Source of the DNA: Candidatus Spongiisociaceae bacterium
Lineage (GTDB): Bacteria; Actinomycetota; Acidimicrobiia; Spongiisociales; Spongiisociaceae
NCBI GenBank assembly: GCA_965262915.1
Contig: OZ253564.1
Location: 3,200,001 to 3,264,000, forward strand
DNA length: 64,000 bases
Direction: 5' to 3'
The translations under genes and the position numbers were made by a program. Shown here piece after piece: positions 19,299 through 33,136 of this stretch. Numbering within the stretch: the stretch's first letter is position 1; the number at the start of each line of letters is the position of its first letter. The notes under the pieces are model-generated. The model saw nothing but the letters and a program-made list of their open reading frames with translations. It searched no databases and had not been told where the DNA came from.

Positions 19299-21117
19299 CC
19301 TGAATCCACCGACGGCCTCCCCGGGGGGTGGTCCGGGGTGCGGTTGGTGGGAGGTTGAGGGGTCGGGGTTGGTTGGTTTTGGGGGGGGTTCTAGGGGCGT
19401 GGTGGGTATGGTTTAGTGGCTAGATGGTGTTGAAAGCTGGTTGGGGTTGTTTCAGGCGTGTATGGCTGGGGTTTAGGTGGTTGGTTATGGTTGTGGGGGG
19501 TCCGTGAGGCCGGGTTAGCAGAGCTGTGGCAGCGTCCGGAGGTTAGTGAGGGTGGTTAGGTAGGTGCCGGCCCAGGGCCATCGGGCGGGTAGACGCAGCA
19601 GGCGGCGTCCGCCGTGGTTGACGACCCGTCCAGGGAGCCCGAACAGTCGGGTACGGATGGTACGTCCACAGACCAGCCGCCCAGCCCGATGGGCGGGTTC
19701 CGCCCAAGAGGGCTATATGGCGGTAGAGGTTATGCGCCAGGGCGGCGCAGATCAGCCAGGCGGCGTTAGCTGCGAAGACGCCGGAAGGTAGGTGGGCGAG
19801 TCCCCCGGAGTCTTTGAGGTCGCGGATGGCGAGTTCGCATGTGGCGTGGCGGCGGTGGTACCGGTCGGCTTCGACCGCGGGCAGCGGGCTGTGCGCCTCC
19901 CCAGGGTTGTCACCGATCTCTACCGCCGACAGTTCGGCCACTTCGGTGTCTTGTTCGCCGCGGGGTTGGTGACCGGTGTCGTCTTGTCCGGCCCCGGGTT
20001 GGTGGTGCCGGTCGGCTTCGACCGCGGCTAGGTCCAGGTTGGTGACCAAGGTGTGGTACCGCCAGTCGGGGAACAGCTGGGCTTGGGAACCGACCAAGCG
20101 GGTGCGGCGCACCACGAGACGGACCCGGCGCCGCTGCGACCGTTTCTTGGGGTTGGTCATCTCCAGGACGGTTTCCCCCACTTGTGCTTCGCCGCCCCGG
20201 GGATAGACGATGGGGGTCCACGCGTCTTTGTCGATATTGCTGATCAGTGTCCTGACCTTGGCATTCACCTGGGTGGTGATCGACCATCCCACCCCGAGGT
20301 GGTCGAGGGCGGCCAAGAGGGCATAGGACCAGAACCCCGAATCGGCCCGCACGCTCACCGGGCCCCTGGCCCCGGCCCGTCGCACACGCCGGATCGTCTC
20401 CCCAACGAAATGGACCACACCCCGCTGCGATGCTCCTGCACGCAGACGGGCACCGACCACCTCCCCCGTATCGGCTCGGAACGCCAACAGAGGGTGATAA
20501 CCCAACTCCTTGGTGTAGCCGTAAGCGGCCCCCTGTTTGGTCTTGCCCGACACCGCACAGATCGTCGAGTCCAAATCAACGGTCACCGCTCCCTTACCGG
20601 GACCGGCGCCCGCCCGCCACGCACGACCCAGCGCCAAGGTCAACACCTTCCCCCGACTGGCGTACATGACCCCAGGTGAACGAACGCAGAAAGGTCCCCA
20701 CAGTGGACGGGGCCATCACCGCATGGGGCAACACCCGATCAGTGGAACCCGCCCGGAGCCGACCCACATGATCAATATGAGAGCCGCCCACCAGCATCGC
20801 AGCTACCAACGTGCACACCTTACGACCCGGATGCGCGCCACCCACCCGGCCGCCCAACCGCACCGTCCGATCCACCACATCTTCCAACCCCAAACGGTCC
20901 ATCAGCGTCCCGGCCGCCAACAGCCCAGCGTCGGCTACCAGCCCCTCATCGTCGAAAACCACCTCATACCGGTCGATATTCTGCAATACTCCACTCACAG
21001 GAAGTGCCTCCTGACTCCGGGCCAATACACTTGTTTCGTATGGCTATTGTCCCAGATCAGAGGCACTTTCCGCGTCTATCCACCCCCAACCACAGGATAT
21101 CTACCGGTGGATTCAGG
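19299..21117 (-). mobile_element. IS1380-family element
   Basis: TIR CCTGAATCCACCG / CGGTGGATTCAGG; 5-bp TSD CTTAG at 19294-19298 and 21118-21122. Confidence 0.93.
19515..20995 (-). pseudogene. IS1380 transposase, frameshifted
   Basis: APSTVGTFLRSFTWGHVRQ, VDLDSTI, GYHPLL, RADSGF, ELAIRDLK, LRLPARWPW in three frames (shifts near 20665 and 19680); internal AVEADR duplication. Confidence 0.85.
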
Positions 21118-21122
21118 CTTAG

Positions 21123-24100
21123 GGTGATGCTGTCGTCCGCCCCGGACGTGTCAGTGACGGTCAACGTCATCGAATACGACCGTTTGTTTTCGTAGTCGAG
21201 GGCTGTCTTGGTGCGTAGCTGCCCCGACAACTCGTCGATATCGAACGCGGCCGCGTCGGTGCCGTCCAGCTTGTAGGTGAGCGTGTCGCCCACGTCGGTG
21301 TCCACCGCGGCCACCGGATCACCAATGTCACGACCGGCCGGGGTGTTTTCCTCCACCTCGCGTTGGCCGGTCTCGGATGTCGGGAACTCGGGTGGGGTGT
21401 TCATGATCGGTGCCGGCTGCACCTGATTTGTCGACACCGCCTCGGCGGCCTTGCCCGACCCCTCCCCATCCGTATATGAGGCTGTGACCCTCAGGAAGCG
21501 GTTGAGATCAGCATCCGCAGGCGTGTACGCGTCGCTGGTGGCACCACCGATGGTCGACCAGGGGCCTGTGCTGCTCGTGGACCGCTCCCACACCCAGGTG
21601 GTGGCTGTAACCGACCCGTCCGGATCAGATAGGTCCGCCTCCAGTTCGGTGCCCGCCTGGGGCTGTAGCGACGACAGGCTTACTGTCCCGTCCTCATCCT
21701 CATTGGTGACCGTCACCACCACATCCAGGGTGCCGTAACTGTTCCCATCCCAAGCCCGCACCGTCACCAGATACACGTTGTCACGGTTCGAATCAGCCGG
21801 GTCCTCACGATCCGGCACCTCACCAAAGGTAAGCACACCGATAGCAGACAACTCGAAATCCCCCGCGTCCGTGCCGGCCAGCGACAACATCACCGTCTCA
21901 CCTTCGGGGTCGGTAGCCGTGTACCTGCCCACCTGACCCGTACGATTCTCCGCGAAATCGACATCGGTCTCACCGGACACCGTCGCCGCCTCATCCACGG
22001 GGGTGACCGTCACCGTCACATCGAGGGTGCCGTAGTTGGTCCCGTCCCAGGCTCGTACCGTGACCAGGTAGTCGTTGTCTCGGTTCGAATCAGCCGGCTG
22101 CTCGTGGTCCGGCGACTGGCGGAACGTCAACACACCGTCGGCAATAGCGAAATCGCCCGCATCGGCTCCCGCAAGCGCCGCCCACGTGACCGTTTCGTTC
22201 TCCGGATCCGTAGCCGAATAGGAGGCCACCTGGTCGGTGCGGTTCTCTGCATAGCTGATACTGGTATCCCCGCTGACGGTCGGAGGAGTCGTATCGTCGC
22301 CAATAGCGACCGTGGCGCTGTTGTTGGCTGCGTAGTTCCCAAGAATGTCCTTGAGCGGGTCATAGGTCCTGAACGGCACGCCGTAGGACACCGTGGCATC
22401 GTCACCCGACATGACCGACGATGCCAGTATCAAGGTCACCACCTTGCCGTCCACGGAGACCCCGGTGATCCCCCGCCGGTCACCGTTCACCGACAGCGTG
22501 AATGCGTTGGAGTGCGGCGACGGTACCGAGTCCTCGTCCAGTGCCTTGTCCCAGGTCAGCGTGAGCCTGAGCGTGTTCGCATCCGCGCCGGCGGTGACCA
22601 GAGTGGGTCTGATACCGTCCACCTTGTGACCCGACTGTGTGGCCAACTCCACCAGGGCCGGCGCCTCGGAACTGTCCGCGACGTACCTTATCGTCCCGCT
22701 CCCACCGATCACTCCCGCGGGGACGCGCAGCCCGTCGGTGTCCTCATCGCCCTCGGCCACCGTGTAACGGAACGCCAGACTGTAACTACCCGAACCGTCC
22801 AGATACCTGGCCTGTTTGGTGACATCACCTATTTCGAGGGTCAGTTCGGGGGTCCCGGTCACCTGCACGCTCTCGCCGAACGTCACAGTCACGTCGATCT
22901 CATCTTGATGACGGATCGCGTCGCCGACGATATAGGTCATGTCCGAACCGGGATCCGAGACGATCATTACGGCAGTAGCATGATTTCGTGCTTGTCTGCC
23001 GGTGAAGCCCCCGGCGTTGTTCTCGGCTTGGTCCCGAAGCGGGCTCGCATCCGACCCGGTAGGTACCGTGTAGTCGACCGTGACCGTCTCTCCCACACTC
23101 ACTGCCGAAGCCAGAGTCAGGGTAGCGGCGCTGCCACTCACCTCCACTGTGGAGACTCCCCGAACCGTCGTGCCAACGTTCACTGTGAAGGCGCCGGCTG
23201 TCGGCTCGGAAGCCCCGTCCAATGCTTCGTTGTAGACGATCGTGATCGTTGCTCTGTCTACCGTCACCAAGGACAGCACGGGCGGTGTCGTGTCGGTAGC
23301 AGAAGGCGTCGCCGTCGTATCAGAGGCGGCACCGTCGCCGTTGTGGTTATAGGCAAGAACCCGCACCGTGTGCTCGATGCCGCTGGCTAGGCCACTGATC
23401 GTGTGTGACAGAGTGGTCAGGTCGGTTACCACGGCCTGACGGGACGCCCCGTAGTCCTCGGAGCCGCTCTTCCATTGTATCTTGTAGCCCTCGATCGGTG
23501 ATCCACCATCGTCAACGGGGGCCTTCCAAGACACGGTGAGCTTCCCGCTACCTATGGGTGTTACCGTCAGGCCGCCGGGCTCTTCCGGGACGCATCCGCC
23601 ATCCTGCCACGGGTTCCTGGTCACACCGGTACCGAAAGCGGAGTCGGTCGCCTTCGCGTTGTCGCAGTAGCCTCCGAACTCGCCGCGCAACTGGAAAACC
23701 ATCACCGCCCGACGCGAAGATGTTGGAACAGCCTTCACATCCGCCCACAACCGCTCCAGATCCGGTTCCCCGTCGCTGTCGTGGTAGGTATCAGCGAACC
23801 AGGACGGCATTGCTCCCTCCACCGCGCTCCCCACCACCGCCAGAGCCTCCTCTGTGACGCTGTCGGTCGTGCCGGGGCATTCACCGCCCGACGCGAAGAT
23901 AGACCAATAGGTACTATTGATACGTGTGCGTTCACCGTGTACCAGGATCATCAATGCGTCGGCGTAAAGTTCTTCGGCAGCGCAAAACGTGCCTCGCAAA
24001 TCCAACCTGTAGAAATACAAATGAGCAACGGCCAGAGGACCGGGTCTATCCGTCACACTGTTCGCCAAAGTGAACACATGACCCAACTCATGGGTGATCG

Positions 24101-24790
24101 TCGGAATCAGATAACTGCTGCCTCTACCAATATAGACCCAGGTCGCATAACACTTTCTCAGGTTCGACTCCATCGGACGATGCGGGGAGCACCAGATTGC
24201 GACGCCATTGCCCGCATTCGGGTGAAGGTCAACGTCGACACTTTGGTCGATGATGTAGTCCCACGTGCTGCGCAACCACGGGTAGGAACCCTCATGGCTC
24301 TTGACAACCTCGTTTTCGATGAAAGCGCCAACCTGCCCAGGAGTCGACTGCGGGGTGCCCGTCGCCGTGGACGACGGGTCGCTGTCACCATGCGTGTTAG
24401 TAGCGATCACCCGCACCGTGTATTCGGTCCCGTCCGTCAACCCGGTGATCGTGTGCTTATACCTCTTGGTCGATGTCGTGGACGACCCGACAACCACACT
24501 CGTCGTAGGATCGACCGACGCCTCACGCGACGAGCCGAACACCTCGGAACCCGACTTCCACTGAACCTCAAAACCCGTAGTCGCCTCATAGTCGGACGAC
24601 GACCAACGAACCTCCAACTCCCCCGTGGAGATACTGTACACCGCCACCGACGTAGGCGCCCCCGGCGGGTCCTGAGCGGACGCCGGCCGCGCAAAGACCA
24701 GCACAGCCACAAACGCCCCAACCAGCGCGAGAACAACAAACGGCAGACGTGCTGAGACTAGGTTGTCGGAGGGTGCAGATGAATTTCCAG
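21123..24790 (-). pseudogene. N-terminal part of the giant surface protein (signal peptide, FN3, HExxH metalloprotease-like, FN3, Ig-like/cadherin repeats)
   Basis: LPFVVLALVGAFVAVLVFARPASA-QD signal; FN3 (VRW...YTVRVIA); THELGH...EELYAD; DDGGSPI FN3; cadherin repeats. The native start codon is absent. Confidence 0.85.
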
Positions 24791-25843
24791 TCGCGTCGGT
24801 GAGTTCGGCTACGGATCGGTGGGTGCCTCGGCGTATCTGTTTGGTGGTGAGTTCGGAGAACCATCGCTCGACGAGGTTCATCCACGACGCGTAGGTGGGT
24901 GTGAAATGGAACGTGAACCGTGGATGGCGTTGCAGCCAGCGCCCTATGGGTTCGGTTTTGTGGGGCGACGCGTTGTCCAACACGACTTGGACGTCGAGTT
25001 CTGGTGGGACTTCGCGGTTGATGAGGTTTAGGAACGTCTGGAATTTGTGGGTGCGGTTGCGTCGTGTCATGGAGGTGATGACCCGGCCGGTGGCCGTGTC
25101 GAGCGCGGCCCCGAGGTTGGTGGTCCCATACCGGCGGTAGTCGTGGGTGCGCCGCTGGGGGGTTCCGGGCAACAGGGGCAGGATCGGCGCGGTGCGGTCG
25201 AGGGCCTGTATCTGGGATTTGTGGTCCACACACAGCACCACCGCCGCGTCGGGCGGGTTCAGGTACAAACCCGCCAGGTCGCGGACCTTTTCCACGAACT
25301 GGGGGTCGGGAGATATCTTGAAATGCTCGGTCCGGTGCGGCTTGAGACCGAACGCCCGCCATATTCTTAGGATCGACGACTGGGACAGGCCGACGGCCCT
25401 CGCCATGGACCGGGTCGACCAGTGCGTCGCGTCTCTCGGTGTTTCCTCGAGGGTCTTGACCACCACTTCTTCTACCTTGGCGTCGTCGATGCGGCGGGGC
25501 GGCCCGGGGCGGGGATTGTCGTAGAGGCCGTCGAGACGGCGCCGGGCGAAACGGTTCCGCCACTTCGAGACCGTAACCCCGCTGCAGCCCACCTCCGCTG
25601 CGATGTCCACATTGGTGCGGCCTTCGGCCGCTCCCAGCACGATACGAGACCGCATCGCTAACCCTTGTGCGGTGCTACGCCGCCGTATCCACCGCTCGAG
25701 CGTCTGGCGTTCCTCTTCATCCAGCTCGATAACCACTGCTTTACGACTCCGCTGCTTCTCCATACGCTGCTCCCACTACTGACTGCTACTGACCTGCATA
25801 TTCTAGCAGCATATGGCAAAGAAACTAAGGAATCAGGACACTA
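24791..25843 (-). mobile_element. IS630-family element, 3'-truncated; transposase (ATG 25763) fused in-frame to the surface protein
   Basis: HTH region, THWSTRSMA, D(H)KSQIQAL, LDN, WMNLVERWF; terminal TAGTGTCCTGATTCC at 25843; no right end found. Confidence 0.88.
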
Positions 25844-25919
25844 GGAGGGTGCTGATTTAGTCGCCTTGTCGGGGTACGGGCGGTTCGCGTTTTGTGTTGT
25901 TGGGGGTATTGTAAGGGTC

Positions 25920-27217
25920 ATGCAAGGATATGAAAGCTTTGACCGTGAGTTTCTGGACACAGCGGACCTGTGGCATCTGGTTCCGGTGGGGTCGGTGTAC
26001 CGGTTCTTGGCCGAGAACCGCCGCCGTCTGTTTCCCGATGAGATGTTCGCCGATTTGTTCGGCCCGCGGGGTCGCCCGTCGATACCGGGTCCGGTGATTG
26101 GGGCGGTGATGGTTCTCCAGGCGTTGGAGTGCCTCTCTGATCGGGAAGCGATCCAGCGGCTGCGTCGTGATATAGCTTGGAAAGCCGCGGCTGGTCTGTC
26201 GTTGACACATGGGGGGTTCCACCCGACGGTGCTGACCTTATGGCGGGCCCGCCTGCGTGCCAGCGAAAAGCCGGAGCGTATCTTCGACGCGGTGCGTCAA
26301 GTAGTCACCGAGTCCGGCGTGTTGGCGACCAGGGACCGTCGGGCCCTGGACTCGACCATTCTGCACGACGCGGTCGCTACCGGGGACACGGTGACGATGA
26401 TCTCATCGCAGATAAGGCGTTGCCGCCGTCTGATTCCGCAGGCAGCCGATCTGGTGCTGGTGGCCCATGACTACGAATCGGTGACCAAACCGTCCTGCGA
26501 TTGGTCTGATCCCGATGCCCGCTCGGAGTTGGTGGACGGGCTGGTCACCGACGGGCTGAGGCTGATCGAAGCAGTCGAGGACATGAAGCTGGACCCCGAA
26601 CAGGCCGACGCCCTAGGGCTGTTGGGAGTTGTCACAGGCCAAGATGTGGAACCGGACCCCGATAGGGAGGGCCGATGGCGGATAGCGCGGCGTGTGGCCC
26701 GAGACCGGACCATATCGACGGTGGATCCCGAAGCCAGGCACGGTCACAAGACCCGGACCCGCAAACGGGACGGGTACAAGGCCCATGTCGCTACCGAACC
26801 CGAAACCGGGCTGGTCACCGCCGCGGTCCTAACAGCTGCCAACACCCCAGACGCCGACAGCATCGCGGATCTCGTTGCCGACCAACCCCCGGGCGCCGAA
26901 ATCGTCGCGGATTCGGCGTACGCGTCCGGATCGGCCCTCGAAACGTTCGACGATCTCGGTCACACCCCGGTGACCAAACCAATCGTACGCAAACCCCACA
27001 TCAAAGACGGGTTCCACCGCGACGACTTCGCCATCGACACCGGAGCCCGCACAGTCACCTGCCCCGCCGGGCACACCACCCACATACGTCCCGGAGGTAC
27101 CGCCCCCTTCTCCAAACGATGCAACGGCTGCCCCCTGCGGACACGATGCACCACCTCGGAGCGAGGACGGACCATCACAGTCGACAAACACCACGACCGT
27201 CGGGCGGCGAACAAAGC
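25920..27217 (+). pseudogene. IS1182 transposase, main fragment
   Basis: GRPSIP, LSDREA, ALDST, STVDPEARHG, GYKAH, ADSAY, CPAG, CNGCPLRTRC. Confidence 0.88.
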
Positions 27218-28657
27218 GGCTCATCGCGTTTCAGTGGGGAGTGACGGTCGCGAGTAGGTCCCAGTTGGGTTTCCCGGCGTAGAGAAGGGCCCGTATTCGG
27301 TAGTTCGCGAAGTTGGGTAACCCGAACGCTGCTCGTTTGATCCGTTTGATTAGGTTGTTGAGGGCTTCGGTGGCGTCTGTTGGTTACCTTCGAGATGTGC
27401 CAGTTGGTGATCTGGGGGGTCCAGCGGGCGATGGTGCGACCCAGCTTGTTGATCTCGGGTGGGCAGGATTCGTCCTGGAGGTCGTCTGCGAGCTGGAGGG
27501 TGTATCGGAGAGCAAGGACCGGACTCTCGATCCCGTAGATGCCCCGTACCGTTTCGGTTGCGTGCCAGGCTGTGCGTACCTCCCCGTGGGGGTCACCGGC
27601 GTCCAAAAGACCACGCAGCCGTGTTTGACCGCGGTCGCTGATCCTCTCATGCGCGGCGGTGAGGAGGCGGCGTATCCGATACAGCGGGTCATCCTTGCGG
27701 CCTCTGTGTCCCAGGGTTTCGTTTTGGACTCTTCGTCGTAGGTCGTCGAGACGCTGGTTGGCGAGGCGGCTGACACCGAACGGGTCCGCTACCCCGGGGG
27801 CGTGGGGCAGCACCCTGTCATACGCCTTCCGATACGAACCGGACATGACCCGACACCGCCCAGCGGATAGCCTCACACCATTCGGTGGGCTGCGCCCGGA
27901 ACCAGGCTGCGGCGCTTTCTGCCGTTCTACCACCGACTATGTCGAACCGGCTGGTGGCCCCCAACGTCGACGACAGAGGTGCACCAGACCTTGGTACGCC
28001 ACCGGCCCTTCCGCCAGAACAACGCTTCTTGTCGATGCCCACAGCTTGGACCTCGCCTATCCGGTCGGTGTCGGCCCCCAGGAGGGCTTCGCCCCAGCGG
28101 CCGACCTCGTTGTTCACCGTATGCCACCCACAACCAAGCTCTGCGGCGACCTCGTCGACCGGGCGACCCCGCCCACCCACCCCGATGGTCACCCACCTCG
28201 CCGCTCGGGATGTCAACAACGCCCGTTGGGGACCAATCGTGGGGTCTTGCTCGATGAACGATCTGAGCGCACAGTCGGTGTTCGGACATGTCCAACGGCG
28301 TTTCCGCCACCGCAGCCGAACCGGACGGCCGAACGCCGGCAAATCCGCCAACACCACCGTCCGCTCACCCTTGGACCACACCGGGCCACCACAGGCCTCA
28401 CAGGACGGCCGGGGCTTGCGAGACCCGATCACCACCCCAAGCGGTGCACCCTCGCCCGAGTCGTTGATCCCCACCAGGTCAACGTCGCCTAGGCCTACCA
28501 ACTTCTCGCACATGCGCGCAGGGATCAGCTTCCACAGGGGTCCTCCTGCCTCGGATGTCGCTTATCAACAGCCGATTATGGAGGACCCCCCCTCACTTCT
28601 GGTGGATTCCGATCCCCCCTGACAGATCCCCTACTCCCCACCCATTCGCGAAGAGCC
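27218..28657 (-). mobile_element. ISL3-family element with frameshifted transposase (~27231-28535)
   Basis: TIR GGCTC(A/T)TCGCG; 8-bp TSD AACAAAGC at 27210-17 and 28658-65; WRKRRWTC, VADPF, EALNNLIKRIKR..FG motifs in several frames. Confidence 0.92.
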
Positions 28658-28847
28658 AACAAAGCACGGTGGGCCAAAGAAGAAACCCGCAACACCTACC
28701 GGAACTTGCGGCCGTCCGTGGAACGGACCATCGCCTGGCTCACCCGCCACAACCCCAGACGCGTACCCTACCGAGGAATCATCCCCAACCAGCAATGAAC
28801 CGCACCGGGTTTTCCGGAGACTCGATTAGTTGGGAGATAATGGAGTC

Positions 28848-31239
<2,392 letters not shown>

Positions 31240-31836
31240 CAATATCTGTCCATTCGCTACACGAACCGGCTCACCGAAGCCGGCATCGAACCATCAGTCG
31301 GCTCGGTTGGGGATTCCTACGACAACGCCCTCGCCGAATCCGTCATCGGCCTATACAAGACAGAACTCATCCACAAACGCGCTCCCTGGAAGGACCTCGA
31401 CCAGGTCGAGTACGCCACCCTCGAATACGTCGACTGGTTCAACCACCGGCGGCTTCTCGAACCCATCGGAGACATCCCACCAGCAGAAAAGGAGGCCAAC
31501 TACCATCAACAACAGGAACGAGTCCAGCTAGCTGGACTCAACTAAAACACTCTCCGGCAAACCCGGTACGGTTCACAATGGCTCACCACCCCAACAGCAG
31601 CCATCAACCTACAACGCCTCATCAACCTCGGACTCACCCACACAACCACCGGCTGGGTCCTCAACCCCGCCTAGAACCCCAAAACCCGCCCGCCACCCCC
31701 AAAGAACCCCGCCACCGCCACCAACCGACCCAAAACACCCACCCCACAAGCCCCAACCAGCCCCACCACACCCAACACCACCACACCCAACACACCAACA
31801 CAGCCAACTCGCCGAACCCGATAATCAGCAGGCTCC

Positions 31837-32200
31837 TAGATGAGTAGTTCCAAGGGATCCGGGGTGAAATCCACCGTTTCGGTGCCGAGGGGGTCCGAGA
31901 TCCGGGGTGAAAAGACAACCCCGATCCCGGAGGACCTGGTACGAACCCGGACCTGGACACCCCCGCTACCACACTATACGTAACGGTTGATGATCTGTTG
32001 ATCCAGCATCCCGAGCGGGCGCCGGAGCGTCTCGCGGTGGGGATCGCTCCCAAGCTGTCCGACGCGGAGTTGGTAACCCTGGCGGTGATCCAGGTGTTGT
32101 TGCGGTTCGATTCCGAAGCCCGTTTCCTGCGCTACGCCCACGCCCATCTGGGACCCTGGTTCCCCTACCCTGCCCCACCGGCCCGGCTACAACAAGCGGC
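31837..32200 (+). mobile_element. IS982-family 5' fragment
   Basis: End TAGATGAGTAGTTCCAAGG; LDT..TTLYVTVDDLL...PKLSDAELVTLAV...FPY(frameshift)LP..PGYNKR, then truncated. Confidence 0.75.
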
Positions 32201-32401
32201 CCGGCCGCTCTCGTCAACCCAGAACTCCGACGACGTTCCCGGATAGCTACAACTCTCACCAGGAGCCACTACCAAACCCACATAACAGACAGGAACGATA
32301 TTGTCATCCTGCGCAGCCAGCGGCGATACCAGCACAGCGGCTACCAACACCGCCGACAGACCAATGAGGGCTGCAAACCGCCCAGTCGGGATACTCAACA
32401 C
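32200..32401 (-). pseudogene. Truncated secreted protein (signal peptide plus Cys-containing module)
   Basis: GGAGG + GTG; LIGLSAVLVAAVLVSPLAA-QDD, CYVGLVVAPGESCSYPGT; collides with the IS982 fragment. Confidence 0.6.
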
Positions 32402-32469
32402 AGAACCTCCCCTGGTATCTCCTCAGCTACTAACCGTTGGGGCAGTCGTAACTACTTCTACTACCTTAA

Positions 32470-32613
32470 GAGGATGCGCGGATAGCTCCTTGCCTGGGGG
32501 AACAGTGGCTGCGCGGGTTGACGAGTCCACGGCGATGACCAGGGCTTTTCCGAGCGGGAAGCGGGTTGAGTTTACCCGTGGGGGCGGCCGCTTCTAGCTA
32601 TCCGCGCACGCTC
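32470..32613. mobile_element. MITE family B, copy 2 (144 bp)
   Basis: GAGGATGCGCGGATAGCT / AGCTATCCGCGCACGCTC TIRs; TAA duplicated on both sides. Confidence 0.8.
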
Positions 32614-32617
32614 TAAG

Positions 32618-32805
32618 CCTGAATCCACCGATTCATATTCCGAAAACCAATCCTGACCAGGGCGATCTCCGGGATCCACCACTCACAGGAAGTTGCTCCT
32701 CTTCCCAGGACCGAACCATCCTTACCAATAGCTATCGCCGCAGATCAGGAGGCATTTCCACCATATCTCCATGTCCGCTGCGCCCTCCCCATCGGTGGAT
32801 TCAGG
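32618..32805. mobile_element. IS1380-derived MITE (188 bp)
   Basis: TIR CCTGAATCCACCGAT / ATCGGTGGATTCAGG; TSD CTAAG; shares CCACTCACAGGAAGT with the IS1380 5' region (20991-21005). Confidence 0.9.
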
Positions 32806-32842
32806 CTAAGTGTGGGACTAAGGGGAGTCAACTTATCTCCTG

Positions 32843-32893
32843 AAACGAGAACTGAGTCGTCAATCTGTAAACGAGAACTGAGTCGTCAATCTG
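32843..32893. repeat. Perfect 25-bp tandem direct repeat
   Basis: AAACGAGAACTGAGTCGTCAATCTG twice, separated by one T. Confidence 0.92.
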
Positions 32894-32941
32894 CAAAACC
32901 CCTGGTAGATGAGGTTTTTCCGGGATCGGGTGGAACACTAA

Positions 32942-32968
32942 GGTGGAGTTGAGGGGATTTGAACCCCT
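32942..32968 (-). other. 3' fragment of tRNA-Ala (att-like site)
   Basis: Reverse complement AGGGGTTCAAATCCCCTCAACTCCACC is a T-arm plus Ala-type acceptor 3' strand; no anticodon or D arm is adjacent. Confidence 0.7.
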
Positions 32969-33136
32969 AATGGCCGATAGGGGTTGTTTTCCGGCTCTTC
33001 GGAAATGAGGGGGGAGTAGGGGATCTGCCAGGGGGAGTCGGAATCCACCAGAACTGTCTTCATCCTCGGGGTGGAAGTAAGAGGCTGTCGTGGGGTGCCA
33101 TTGCAGATCGTTGACTACGCGCCGGCCCGCATACTC

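Noticed and set aside
21057-25763. 1568-aa ORF as one natural transposase-adhesin protein
   Set aside because: It is a composite of a truncated IS630, part of a surface-protein gene, and a tail read into the IS1380 end.
27231-28535. Programmed frameshifting in the ISL3 and IS1380 transposases
   Set aside because: Several scattered shifts without clear slippery sites; decay or sequencing indels are more likely.
31675-31800. C/A-rich tract (and the G/T tract at 19320-19500) as a microsatellite or coding repeat
   Set aside because: No fixed period; both lie inside IS 3' non-coding regions and are covered by the skew finding.
32843-32893. Possible CRISPR repeat
   Set aside because: Two units separated by 1 nt, no spacer, no cas genes.
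32942-33020. Complete tRNA gene
   Set aside because: Only the T-arm and 3' acceptor strand are present; no anticodon or D arm can be folded.
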